In this document: positions 8,701 to 17,445 of the stretch, piece after piece
Position numbering within the stretch: the stretch's first letter is position 1
Layout of the letters: every line of letters starts with the position of its first letter
From: an uncultured Hyphomonadaceae bacterium
GTDB lineage: Bacteria > Pseudomonadota > Alphaproteobacteria > Caulobacterales > Hyphomonadaceae
NCBI GenBank assembly: GCA_937873805.1
Contig: CALMWO010000325.1
Coordinates: forward strand, 1 to 32,040
Length of the DNA: 32,040 bases
Reading direction: 5' to 3'
The notes under the pieces: model-generated
Told to the model about the DNA's origin: nothing
Database searches by the model: none
Seen by the model: the letters and a program-made list of their open reading frames with translations, nothing else
Made by a program: the position numbers and the translations under genes

Positions 8701-9675
8701 CTAGAGCCAGCCCCTCGTCTGCTCGTCCCGCCAGAGATGCGCCGAACCGATCAGCGGCGCTGCTTCTGACGCAATCAGATTTATCGGAATGGGCTTCATC
8801 AGGTCCTCACGCGCGCCGCGCTTGTAGAAGCGATCGAGCGCAGAGCGCTCTTTCAGCCACGGCTCAAGCCGCTGCGAGACCCCACCCGCAATGAAGACCC
8901 CGCCCGTTGCGTTGGCGACGAGCGCCATATTGCCGATAGATGTCATCACCGCACGGGCGCGCAGCCGGCAGAATTCCAGCGCCGCTGCATCTCCCGCGCT
9001 CGCCGCGTCGATCACCTCGGCCTGCGTCAGCGGCCTCGGCTTCACGCCCATGACCTCGAACAGCGCATCGCGCGTGTCCTCGAAACCCATGCCAGCCGTG
9101 ACAACCTCGTTGGAGACGTAGCCAAGTTTTCTGCGCAGCCTTTCCGCAAGCTTCCACTCGATGTCGGTCTCAGGCGTGAAGGCCTGATGGCCGCCCTCCC
9201 CGCCGATTACCACCCACCCGGCCGCTATCCGGCGCAGCAGGCCAACACCAAAGCCCGTGCCGGGTCCGCCAATAGCGCAGGAGCCCCGGGGGTCTGCCTC
9301 ACCTTTCGAAATCGACCGCAATTCGCTGCCGGTCAGTTCGGGCGCAGAGCGCGCCATGGCGATGAAGTCGTTCACGGCAACCAGCCGGTCGACCCCAAGC
9401 CGCGCTTTCACGGCGGCCAGATCAACGTTCCAGCCACGATTGAGCAGTTCCACAAAGGGCCCGCCGGTAACGCCAGCGAACCCGAAAGACGCGCCCGCAT
9501 AGTCCGGGCCTGTCTCTTTCAGATAAGCGTCGAGCGCCGCCTCAAACGTCTTGAAATCCTTGCCCGGACGCTTCCAGATGTCGGACAGCGCCACGCGCCC
9601 GCCGGTAAGACGCGCCAGCGCGAAGCGCACATTGGTGCCGCCTGCATCCCCGACCAGTAACGTCCCGTCCTTCAT
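8701..9675 (-). CDS. glk: glucokinase
   Basis: The product carries LVGDAGGTNVRFAL (phosphate-1 motif), AIGGPGTGFGVG and IGGEGGH. The length of 324 aa is typical of bacterial Glk. Confidence 0.9.
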   Translation of the reverse strand: MKDGTLLVGDAGGTNVRFALARLTGGRVALSDIWKRPGKDFKTFEAALDAYLKETGPDYAGASFGFAGVTGGPFVELLNRGWNVDLAAVKARLGVDRLVAVNDFIAMARSAPELTGSELRSISKGEADPRGSCAIGGPGTGFGVGLLRRIAAGWVVIGGEGGHQAFTPETDIEWKLAERLRRKLGYVSNEVVTAGMGFEDTRDALFEVMGVKPRPLTQAEVIDAASAGDAAALEFCRLRARAVMTSIGNMALVANATGGVFIAGGVSQRLEPWLKERSALDRFYKRGAREDLMKPIPINLIASEAAPLIGSAHLWRDEQTRGWL

Positions 9676-9825
9676 GGATCGACCTTAAGCTGCCACCTGC
9701 GTCAGTCGCAACGCCGACTTCACGCGATCCGTGGACGGATTTCCTTGCATTTTGCTCCATCAATTTGGCAGGGTGTTTCAGACCGGCCCTCCCGCGAAAC
9801 TCGCCCGAAAGGTTCCCCCTGCACG

Positions 9826-11478
9826 ATGCCCCACGCCACGCCGTTGATCTCTCTGCTCACCATCGGCCTGGGGTTCGCCTTCGTGTTCGGTATGATCGCC
9901 ACGCGGCTCAAGCTGTCGCCGCTGGTTGGCTATCTGGTCGCTGGCGTCGTGATCGGACCCTTCACGCCAGGATTTGTCGGCGATTCCCATCTTGCGAGTG
10001 AACTGGCCGAAATCGGCGTGATCCTGCTGATGTTCGGCGTTGGACTTCACTTTTCGCTCAAGGATCTTCTCTCCGTCAAAGCGATCGCCATCCCCGGCGC
10101 CCTTGCACAGATCGCCGCCGCAACGCTGCTCGGCCTCGGCATGGGCACGTTGATGGGCTGGACGGTCGAGGCCGGCATCGTCTTCGGCCTCGCACTTTCA
10201 GTCGCCTCAACTGTCGTGCTGTTGCGTGCGCTGCAGGAGCGGCGGGTCGTGCAGACCGACAAGGGCCGCATCGCGGTTGGCTGGCTGATCGTCGAAGATC
10301 TCGCCATGGTTCTGGCACTCGTGCTGCTGCCAACTTGGGCCGGCATCCGCGAACAGATGGCCGCCGCCGGCGGCTTCACCTGGGCGCAAGGCCAGGAGAT
10401 CGCGATCGCTGTTCTGCTCACGCTCGGCAAGGTTGGCGCGTTCATCGTCATCATGCTGGTTGTCGGCAAGCGACTGATCCCATGGATTCTCCATCGCGTC
10501 GTGCATCTGGGGTCGCGCGAACTGTTCCGGCTCTCCGTGCTGGCGATCGCGCTGGGCGTCGCGCTGGGCGCATCCGAACTGTTCGGCGTGTCGTTCGCGC
10601 TGGGCGCCTTCTTCGCCGGCATGATCATGGGCGAAAGCGAGCTGTCGCATCAGGCGGCGAACGAGACACTGCCGCTGCGCGACGCGTTCGCGGTGCTATT
10701 CTTTGTCTCCGTAGGCATGCTGTTCGACCCGCTGACGCTAATCAACAACCCGTGGCCTCTGCTTGGCGCGCTGGGCATCGTCGTGATCGGCAAGTCTCTG
10801 GCTGCCCTCGCGATCATGGCGATGTTCAAGCAGAAGCGCGAGAACGCCGCGTTGATCGCCGCGAGCCTCGCGCAGATCGGCGAGTTCTCGTTCATTCTGG
10901 CAGGCCTCGGCGTTGGCCTCGGACTTTTGCCGGAAGATGCCCGTGATCTGATCCTCGGCGCTGCCATCCTGTCGATCGTGTTGAACCCGCTGGTCTTCCT
11001 CGTCGCCGATAAACTCACGCCGAAGGCGGCGCCGGTGGAGTCGGATGTTGCAAAGCCCGGGTATCCGGGCCGCGCCATCATTGTCGGCTATGGCCGCGTC
11101 GGCTCGCGCCTCGGCAAGGCGCTTGGCGCCGCTCGCGTGAATTACTCCGTTATCGAGGACCGGCAGGAACTCGTCGAGAAGCTTCACGAACAGGGCCTTC
11201 CCGCCATTGCGGGCAATGGCGTCTCCGCAGAGACGCTGAAGGCCGCGGCGGTCGAAAGCGCACAGCTGATCTACATTACTGTTCCCGATGGCTTCGAATC
11301 CGGGCGCATCGTCGAGATCGCGCGGCAACTCAATCCGGGCATCCGCATCTTTGCCCGCTCGCACAACGACGCCGAGATCGATCACCTGCGCGGCTTCGGC
11401 GCCGACGTCGTCATCTCCGGCGAGGAAGAGATCGCGCAAGCGATGATCGACGCCACAGGTCTCGCAAAGCCGGCGTGA
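9826..11478 (+). CDS. CPA2-family monovalent cation:proton antiporter with C-terminal TrkA-N/RCK domain (YbaL/KefB-like)
   Basis: The N-terminus MPHATPLISLLTIGLGFAFVFGMIATRLKLSPLVGYLVAGVVIGPFTPGFVGD closely parallels E. coli YbaL. The product has multiple TM helices and a Rossmann motif IIVGYGRVG in the C-terminal domain. Confidence 0.9.
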   Translation: MPHATPLISLLTIGLGFAFVFGMIATRLKLSPLVGYLVAGVVIGPFTPGFVGDSHLASELAEIGVILLMFGVGLHFSLKDLLSVKAIAIPGALAQIAAATLLGLGMGTLMGWTVEAGIVFGLALSVASTVVLLRALQERRVVQTDKGRIAVGWLIVEDLAMVLALVLLPTWAGIREQMAAAGGFTWAQGQEIAIAVLLTLGKVGAFIVIMLVVGKRLIPWILHRVVHLGSRELFRLSVLAIALGVALGASELFGVSFALGAFFAGMIMGESELSHQAANETLPLRDAFAVLFFVSVGMLFDPLTLINNPWPLLGALGIVVIGKSLAALAIMAMFKQKRENAALIAASLAQIGEFSFILAGLGVGLGLLPEDARDLILGAAILSIVLNPLVFLVADKLTPKAAPVESDVAKPGYPGRAIIVGYGRVGSRLGKALGAARVNYSVIEDRQELVEKLHEQGLPAIAGNGVSAETLKAAAVESAQLIYITVPDGFESGRIVEIARQLNPGIRIFARSHNDAEIDHLRGFGADVVISGEEEIAQAMIDATGLAKPA

Positions 11479-11492
11479 GACAGAATTCGCTC

Positions 11493-11507
11493 TGCTATAT
11501 CATAGCA
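11493..11507. promoter_or_regulatory. candidate operator: inverted repeat TGCTAT-atc-ATAGCA upstream of the CDF gene
   Basis: This is a perfect 6-3-6 palindrome in the only markedly AT-rich stretch of the 74-nt intergenic region. It lies 46 nt upstream of the CDF start codon. No known regulator consensus was confidently matched. Confidence 0.25.
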
Positions 11508-11552
11508 TTGGATTCATTTGATTTTTGCAGCCGTGGGGCTTAGGGACCCCAC

Positions 11553-12515
11553 ATGGCTCACGATCACGCACACGCCGGGCACAGCCACGACAAGAGCCAC
11601 GATCATTCGCATGATCACGGTCACAGCCATGCGCACGGCCATCACCATCACGGCGATAGCAAGAACGAGAACCGCATCGGCATCGCCGCACTGTTGACCG
11701 GCGGCTTTATGGGCGTTGAACTCGCCGGCGGCCTTGTCGCCGGGTCGCTCGCGCTGATTGCTGACGCCGGACACATGCTTTCCGATTTCGGCTCGCTGGC
11801 GCTGGCGTGGATCGGCTTCCGCATGGCGCGGCGACCGGCAAACTCACGCCGCACATTCGGCTTCCGCCGCTTCCCTGTGCTGGCCGCGTTCGTCAACGGG
11901 CTGACGCTCTTTGCGATCGTTGTATGGATCATTGCAGAGGCAATTGGCCGACTGGCGAACCCGCATCCGATCGAACCAAACCTGATGCTGTGGGTCGCGG
12001 CGGCTGGGCTTGCCGTGAACATCGTCGCGTTCGCGGTGCTGCACGGCGCGGACCGTGACAATCTCAATGTGCGCGGCGCCCTGCTCCATGTCGCGGGAGA
12101 CCTGCTGGGATCCATCGCCGCGATCGTCGGCGCCATCGTGATCATGTACACTGGCTGGCTTCAGGTCGATCCGATCCTGTCAGTGTTGGTCTCGCTGATC
12201 ATCCTGCGCTCGGCCTGGTCGCTCACCTTCGAAAGCGCGCACATCCTGCTGGAAGGCGCGCCGCACAATCTCGATCTCGACAAGGTGACGCACGACCTCG
12301 AACACATCGAAGGCGTCGTTGATATCCACCACGCCCACCTGTGGTCGCTCGACGGCCGGCGCTCGATGATGACGATGCACGCGCGCATCAAGGATACAGC
12401 CGCAGGGCCTGCCGTCGTGGCCCGCATCAAGGCGCTCCTGCACGACAGGTATGCCATCGACCACGCGACGATCGAGATCGAGGGCGACGACTGCGCTGAC
12501 GCTGACTGCGCCTAG
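11553..12515 (+). CDS. cation diffusion facilitator (CzcD/ZitB-type divalent metal efflux) with a His-rich N-terminal tail
   Basis: AGGGA lies 7 nt upstream of the ATG. Sixteen of the first 33 residues are His. The product has the CDF signature SLALIADAGHMLSD, six TM helices, HVAGDLLGS, and a C-terminal cytoplasmic domain. Confidence 0.9.
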   Translation: MAHDHAHAGHSHDKSHDHSHDHGHSHAHGHHHHGDSKNENRIGIAALLTGGFMGVELAGGLVAGSLALIADAGHMLSDFGSLALAWIGFRMARRPANSRRTFGFRRFPVLAAFVNGLTLFAIVVWIIAEAIGRLANPHPIEPNLMLWVAAAGLAVNIVAFAVLHGADRDNLNVRGALLHVAGDLLGSIAAIVGAIVIMYTGWLQVDPILSVLVSLIILRSAWSLTFESAHILLEGAPHNLDLDKVTHDLEHIEGVVDIHHAHLWSLDGRRSMMTMHARIKDTAAGPAVVARIKALLHDRYAIDHATIEIEGDDCADADCA

Positions 12516-13465
12516 GCTGCCGCTATAGCCTTTTCGGCGGCGGCCCGCTCAGCCCGTGTCAGTTTCGACGCGCCATAGAAGCGCTGCTTGATCACCGGGA
12601 ACCACAACAGCTTGCCCACGCCTTCGACAAAGCGGCGATACGCAAATGCCCGTCCGCTCGTCTTGCCGAGAAAGCAGCCGCCAGCCACGACGCCATAGAC
12701 AACCATCTGCCCCGCGCCGATGGCCATCCAGAAAGCGATGGCCGACAGGTCGCGCTTGGGTCCGGTCCAGGCTTTCGTCGCAGGTCCCTGCCCATAGGCG
12801 AAGGCGCGCCGCAGTGTGTAGGCGAGCGTGACACGCGATGGCTCAGGCGTTTCCCAGACGAAGGCTTTGGGCGCCCATGCGAAACTTGCACCGCCAGCCT
12901 GCATGGTCTGGAACAGCAGGTCGTCTTCACCGCCGATCTCGTTGCGCTCCGTCGAAAACGGTTCAGCCGCAGGCAGCGCGGCGCGCCGTATCAGGCTGCA
13001 ACCGCAACCATAAAACGTACCGATCTTGCCTTCGGCATGTTCGGGAGCGCGCGCGAAGAAAGCTTCGAAGAAGGCTTCATGGTCGCGCGGCCTGGTCGCT
13101 AGCTTCGTGCGGACGGGGCCGAACACCACATCTGCGTCATGCGCCGCCTGCACGCGCTTGAGCTCGGCCAGCCAGCCTGCCGGCGCGAGTTCGTCATCGT
13201 CCAGAAATGCGATGGTCCCGCCCTTCGCCGCCCGCAGGCCGGCATTGCGCGCATTGGCGACACCCGCGCGCGGCTTATGAACGACAGCCACGCGATAATC
13301 GTTCAGGGCGCGCAGCGGGGCGAGCGCAGAGCCCGCGGGGTCATTGTCGACCAGCACAACCTCGAACGTCGCATCGCAGACCTGCGCCAGCGCAGAGCGC
13401 GCAGCTTCGATCGCGCGCTCGGGGCGGCGAAAGGTCGGGATGATGATCGAGACGGCCGGTGTCAT
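12512..13465 (-). CDS. family 2 glycosyltransferase with C-terminal membrane segment
   Basis: The product carries VSIIIPTFRRPE, VVLVDNDP, a DDDE (DxD-type) motif and GGEDDLLF. It has two hydrophobic helices near the C-terminus. Its stop overlaps the CDF stop by 4 nt (CTAG). Confidence 0.85.
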   Translation of the reverse strand: MTPAVSIIIPTFRRPERAIEAARSALAQVCDATFEVVLVDNDPAGSALAPLRALNDYRVAVVHKPRAGVANARNAGLRAAKGGTIAFLDDDELAPAGWLAELKRVQAAHDADVVFGPVRTKLATRPRDHEAFFEAFFARAPEHAEGKIGTFYGCGCSLIRRAALPAAEPFSTERNEIGGEDDLLFQTMQAGGASFAWAPKAFVWETPEPSRVTLAYTLRRAFAYGQGPATKAWTGPKRDLSAIAFWMAIGAGQMVVYGVVAGGCFLGKTSGRAFAYRRFVEGVGKLLWFPVIKQRFYGASKLTRAERAAAEKAIAAA

Positions 13466-13577
13466 GAGGAACGGAGGCTACGCCACGCAGGTTGCGGCCC
13501 CGTTTACATGACCCAAACAGCCGCAAATGCCGCTGAAATCGGCAATTTTACCGAAACGGCCTTGCCCAGAAGTCGCT

Positions 13578-14102
13578 CTACGACGCCGGTCGCTGGATCT
13601 GGCTCGCGAGATTCTGCGAGACCTGACGCGCATCGAACGCGTTGGGATCGGACCCTTTGGCGCCGCGTCCCATCACCACTTCGGCAAACGCCTCATAGCG
13701 CGTGACTTCCTCGTACGTCGCCGGCGTCCAGAACGGATCCCAGGCGCCGATCCAGCCGTAACGCGGAGAGAAATACATGTAGGACAACCGGCTGCCCATA
13801 TAGCCTCCGTACTGCCGGACATCGCGATCCTTGTCGGTGTCGCGGCTGACGATCGTGAAGGTGTCGTAGCCGTTTTGCAGGGTCAGCTCAGCGGCGCGAA
13901 ACAGCAGGTAGTTTTCGACGGTTTCCCGGCCCGTCCGGGCATTGCCCTTGAAGGAGACACGGTAGCGGTCGTTCTCGATCTTCGACTCAGCATAGCCGCG
14001 ATCATTGCCGGCGCCCGGCTGATAGGGCGTTGGACCGTTCTGGCATGCAGCCAGCCCTAGGGCGGTGGTGATTGCTGCAGCCGCCAAAAGCTTGCGTAAC
14101 AT
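13578..14102 (-). CDS. small conserved lipoprotein (recalled, unverified: CC0125/CC1285-type alphaproteobacterial lipoprotein family)
   Basis: The ATG at 14100..14102 has AGGAGG 7 nt upstream. The product has a signal peptide with lipobox LAAC (MLRKLLAAAAITTALGLAAC). Its mature part YQP...GYAESKIENDRYRVSFKGNARTGRETVENYLLFRAAELT resembles that family. Confidence 0.7.
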   Translation of the reverse strand: MLRKLLAAAAITTALGLAACQNGPTPYQPGAGNDRGYAESKIENDRYRVSFKGNARTGRETVENYLLFRAAELTLQNGYDTFTIVSRDTDKDRDVRQYGGYMGSRLSYMYFSPRYGWIGAWDPFWTPATYEEVTRYEAFAEVVMGRGAKGSDPNAFDARQVSQNLASQIQRPAS

Positions 14103-14173
14103 GAGAGCCTCCTGAAACGAGCGACGTCGTGCTGACTCTAACATAGCGAGCCCGATGGGAACGCCAATGGATT

Positions 14174-14201
14174 GGCCGGTTCGCCAGACAGCGAACCGGC
14201 C
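14174..14201 (-). terminator. strong stem-loop downstream of the aldehyde dehydrogenase gene (possible terminator, poor U-tract)
   Basis: There is a perfect 11-bp stem, GGCCGGTTCGC (14174..14184) pairing with GCGAACCGGCC (14191..14201), around a 6-nt loop. It begins 52 nt after the stop at 14253. The minus-strand tail AAUCCAUUGG is not U-rich. Confidence 0.4.
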
Positions 14202-14252
14202 TCAATCTTGTCTACGCACGTCCTAATTCGCCAGATCAGGCGGAATCGGCCG

Positions 14253-15683
14253 TTACGCAGTTGCGAAACCAAACACAGACTTGGTTTCGAGGAACTCGTG
14301 GATGCCTTCCACGCCCCATTCGCGGCCATTGCCCGACTGCTTGAACCCGCCGAACGGCATGGTCTGGTCAGAGCCCTGTCCATTGATGTGGACCATGCCC
14401 GTGCGGAGCTGGCGCGCGACTTTCTGCGCGTGCTCCTGCTCGCCCTGCACATAGCCGGACAGGCCATAGACCGTGTCGTTGGCCATCGCGATCGCCTGCT
14501 CTTCGGTGTCGTACGGCAGGATGCAGAGCACGGGTCCGAAGATTTCCTCGACCGCGATCGTCATGTCGTTGCGCACGTCAGCGAACACGGTGGGCTTCAC
14601 ATAGTAGCCGCGATTGAGACCGTCGGGACGGCCAAGGCCGCCCGCAACGAGAGTCGCGCCTTCCTCGATACCCTTCTTGATGAGGCCCTGGATCTTGTTC
14701 CACTGGGCTTCGGAGACGACGGGCCCGATGGCGCCTTTCTCGGCCGTGGCCGGGTCCTGCACCTTCACAGATTCAGCCGTCGCCTTGGCGATGGCCTTGG
14801 CTTCGTCATTCTTGGCGCGCGGCACGAACATGCGCGAAGGCGCGTTGCAGCTCTGGCCCGTGTTGGTCATCATCTGCATGACGCCCTGCTTCACGGCCTT
14901 CTGGAGATCGGCGTCGTCGAGCACGATGTTGGCCGACTTGCCGCCGAGTTCCTGCGCGACGCGCTTGACCGTAGGCGCAGCGGCCTGCGCAACGAGCACG
15001 CCAGCGCGGGTCGAACCGGTGAACGACATCATGTCAACATCGGGGTGAGCCGAAAGCGCGGCGCCGACGCCGGGGCCATCGCCGTTGACGAGGTTGAACA
15101 CGCCCTTCGGCACGCCGGCTTCATGCATGATCTCGGCGAAGATGATGGCATCGATCGGCGCGATCTCGGACGGCTTCAGGACCATCGTGCAGCCGGCAGC
15201 GATCGCGGGCGCGACCTTGCAGGCGATCTGGTTCTGCGGCCAGTTCCACGGCGTGATGAAACCGCAGACGCCGATCGGCTCCTTGCGGATCAGATGCTTG
15301 CCGCGGCGCTCTTCGAACTCGAAGGTGCGGAGATAGTTGGCGGCCTGCATGATGTGGCCGAGACCCGACGGCGCGTGCGCGCCCTGAGCCAGCCACAGCG
15401 GAGCGCCCATCTCTTCGGACACGACGCCCGCCATGTCGCCGAGGCGTTTCTTGTAAATCTCGATGATCTTGTCGAGCAGGTCAGCGCGGTACTCTTTCGT
15501 GGTCGCGGCAAACGCCGGGAAAGCGGCTTTGGCGGCGGCGACGGCCTTGTCGACATCGGCCTTCGAGCCGATCGAAATGCGTGCGTAGGCCTCTTCATTG
15601 GCCGGGTTCTGGACGTCGAGCGTGCGCGGGGTGACCGGATCGACCCATTCGCCATTGATGTAGAATTTCAGGTAATCGCGCAT
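14253..15683 (-). CDS. NAD(P)-dependent aldehyde dehydrogenase family protein
   Basis: The 476-aa product carries FTGSTRAG, ELGGKSANIV, a catalytic-Cys region NTGQSCNAPSR, EEIFGPV and PFGGFKQSGNGREWG. GGAGAA lies upstream of the ATG at 15683. Confidence 0.9.
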   Translation of the reverse strand: MRDYLKFYINGEWVDPVTPRTLDVQNPANEEAYARISIGSKADVDKAVAAAKAAFPAFAATTKEYRADLLDKIIEIYKKRLGDMAGVVSEEMGAPLWLAQGAHAPSGLGHIMQAANYLRTFEFEERRGKHLIRKEPIGVCGFITPWNWPQNQIACKVAPAIAAGCTMVLKPSEIAPIDAIIFAEIMHEAGVPKGVFNLVNGDGPGVGAALSAHPDVDMMSFTGSTRAGVLVAQAAAPTVKRVAQELGGKSANIVLDDADLQKAVKQGVMQMMTNTGQSCNAPSRMFVPRAKNDEAKAIAKATAESVKVQDPATAEKGAIGPVVSEAQWNKIQGLIKKGIEEGATLVAGGLGRPDGLNRGYYVKPTVFADVRNDMTIAVEEIFGPVLCILPYDTEEQAIAMANDTVYGLSGYVQGEQEHAQKVARQLRTGMVHINGQGSDQTMPFGGFKQSGNGREWGVEGIHEFLETKSVFGFATA

Positions 15684-15791
15684 GGGATTCTCCAGACAGG
15701 TCTTGTGGGCCGGGACACAGGGGTCTGGCCTTAGATAATCGATGTTACCGCGGATTGGGAGGCCCCTCGAAAAACCAGAGCCAGAGCCGCT

Positions 15792-16259
15792 TTAGGGCCT
15801 CAGGATGAATTCGAACTGATTGCCATCCGGATCGGTCAGGAAAGCATAGAAAAGCCCCTCCCCGGTCTTGGCGACGGGGCGCATCAGCTTGGCGCCGGCG
15901 GCCGTGGCGCGGGCGATGGCTTTGTCCATGTCAGGCACTTCCAGGATCAGGGCCGCCATGCCGCCGGCCTGGGGCCCGTTGCCGCGCGAGGCGATGACGA
16001 TGGGCGCAGATGGCGCCTTCTTGGCAAGCTCGGGCGTTGAGCCCGTATTGAGGACGATTTCCTTGAACGTCGCCGTATCAACCGGACGACGGGTCTCCGA
16101 CATGCCGAGCGCCTGGGCATAGAATTTCGCCAGCGCTTCCGGATCGCTCGCCAGCACGCGGATCGATCGCACGGTGATGCCGGTCTCCTGCGCGAAGGCA
16201 GGCGCGGCCAGGGCGAACCCGGCCATGGCAAGGCACGCTGCGGTAACGATGGATTTCAT
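15792..16259 (-). CDS. VOC (glyoxalase/bleomycin-resistance fold) family protein with an N-terminal signal peptide
   Basis: The start is at the ATG at 16257..16259 (MKSIVTAACLAMAGFALAAPAFA/QE). The C-terminal motif FLTDPDGNQFEFI is typical of VOC proteins. The 20 upstream codons of the track ORF look non-coding. Confidence 0.75.
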   Translation of the reverse strand: MKSIVTAACLAMAGFALAAPAFAQETGITVRSIRVLASDPEALAKFYAQALGMSETRRPVDTATFKEIVLNTGSTPELAKKAPSAPIVIASRGNGPQAGGMAALILEVPDMDKAIARATAAGAKLMRPVAKTGEGLFYAFLTDPDGNQFEFILRP

Positions 16260-16339
16260 GGTTCTCATTCCCCGATGGCGGCCCATTCCTGTGGACCTGC
16301 CTTGCAGGCATGAGTGCATGTTTCCGGCTGGCGGAAAAG

Positions 16340-16702
16340 TCAGAACAGCGGCTGCTGGGGCTGCTCGACGCGCTTGAAGGTGATGTGGCCGATCTCGTTC
16401 AGCATCGTGTTCTTGTCGACGAACGAGCGGACCGTGGTGGACAGCGGCTGCCCGTTCTCATCGATCGTGAACAGCTTGAAGCGCAGCTTGTCGACGGCCT
16501 CGATGCGGTAGCGTCCGGTCTGAGTGACGGGGTCGGCGGGCACGCCGCGGATCTCCATCTGGTTGCGGGTCAGGTAGGAACCGTCCGTGTTGAACACGGC
16601 CGTGATCTCGCCCTTCACGTCGCCTGACGACGTGTCCGCGCGCCATTCGCCCACGAGCGTACGCGAAAAGCTGGTTGGTTTCGGCTTACCGTTGAAGAAC
16701 AT
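16340..16702 (-). CDS. hypothetical protein (about 120 aa), no recognised domain
   Basis: GC3 is high from the ATG at 16702 onward (MFFNGKPKPTSF...), and AAGGGA lies about 10 nt upstream. The alternative ATG at 16792 would add 30 codons with clearly lower GC3 and a weak lipobox-like VLAC. It is on the same strand as the VOC and ALDH genes. Confidence 0.55.
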   Translation of the reverse strand: MFFNGKPKPTSFSRTLVGEWRADTSSGDVKGEITAVFNTDGSYLTRNQMEIRGVPADPVTQTGRYRIEAVDKLRFKLFTIDENGQPLSTTVRSFVDKNTMLNEIGHITFKRVEQPQQPLF

Positions 16703-16864
16703 AGTCCCTAGTCCCTTCAGAAGGCATGCCAGCACAGCCCAAGCCCTGCGCCAACCGCCTGAGGCAGTTGCCCCCGGGCTCTGATGGCCCATGAGAAAAC
16801 TGCCTTATGCGGGGATCATATCGCATGGCATGGTTACTTTCAGGTTGAATCTTACAGGATCGAC

Positions 16865-17311
16865 ATGAATCCGATCACGGGCGGATGCCAGTGCGGCAGG
16901 GTCAGATACGCCATGGGCGTGGACCGGGTTCAGAAGCCGCACGTCTGCCATTGCCGCATGTGCCAGAAGGCGACTGGCGGCCTGTTCGCGGCGCTCGCGG
17001 GCTGCGCGAAAATCGACCTGGCGTGGACGCTGGGAGAGCCAGTCTTTTTCGCGTCGTCAAACCTCGCCACCCGCGGCTTCTGCGGGGACTGCGGCACGCC
17101 GCTGACGTTTGCCTACAACACACCGGACGCGCGCATCTACGTCACCATCGGTTCGCTGGACGATCCAGAGCTTGCCAGCATCGAGCTCCAGTACGGACTG
17201 GAAGCGAAGATCAGCTGGGTGAAATTCTGCGAAGATGTGCCGGGCGAGATCACGGGCAATGATCCCGCAGCGCAGGCGTTCCTTGCCGACATGACGAGCA
17301 ATCAGGCCTAG
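16865..17311 (+). CDS. GFA (glutathione-dependent formaldehyde-activating / CENP-V) family protein
   Basis: The product has the Zn-binding Cys pattern GGCQCGRVRY...HVCHCRMCQKATGG...FCGDCGTP. AGGA lies 5 nt upstream of the ATG at 16865. Confidence 0.85.
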   Translation: MNPITGGCQCGRVRYAMGVDRVQKPHVCHCRMCQKATGGLFAALAGCAKIDLAWTLGEPVFFASSNLATRGFCGDCGTPLTFAYNTPDARIYVTIGSLDDPELASIELQYGLEAKISWVKFCEDVPGEITGNDPAAQAFLADMTSNQA

Positions 17312-17445
17312 GTCGCCAGACCGGATCGCTGCCGCTCGGCCATTCCTTACCCAGACCTTTCCGCGACCCCCACGATCTTCGGCCCGGACTTGGTGCAATC
17401 CTGACCAAGATTCACTATGTATTGGCCTGTTCCTGGAGTGTCCGC

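Noticed and set aside
8693-8715. Direct repeat GCCAGCCCCT-aga-GCCAGCCCCT between two convergent stops
   Set aside because: There are only two 10-nt copies. The second lies within the end of glk, there is no spacer-repeat periodicity, and it is probably a chance or slippage remnant.
10313-10327. Sigma-54-like element TGGCAC-N5-CTGC (GG-N10-GC spacing satisfied)
   Set aside because: It lies in the middle of the antiporter coding sequence with no downstream gene start. It deviates from the TTGC consensus and is most likely chance in GC-rich DNA.
11293-11301. TTCGAATCC, resembling a tRNA T-loop
   Set aside because: The flanking bases (atggc / ccggg) cannot form a T-stem and no acceptor or anticodon arms are evident. 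The sequence lies in-frame within the antiporter CDS (GFESGR).
10047-11439. Minus-strand ORFs inside the antiporter gene (10047..10628, 10207..10650, 10650..11081, 10738..11439)
   Set aside because: They are antisense to a gene with strong YbaL/KefB similarity and a regular TM-helix pattern.
14172-15734. 520-codon ORF on the plus strand
   Set aside because: It is exactly antisense to the aldehyde dehydrogenase gene, which has unambiguous ALDH motifs. Its product is Arg/Gly/Asp/His-rich with no motifs. This is a typical shadow ORF of high-GC DNA.
16703-16792. 30-codon N-terminal extension of the 16340 ORF with a lipobox-like VLAC
   Set aside because: GC3 drops clearly in this stretch compared with the rest of the ORF, and the hydrophobic core is only about 6 residues. 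I kept it as an alternative start, not as the call.
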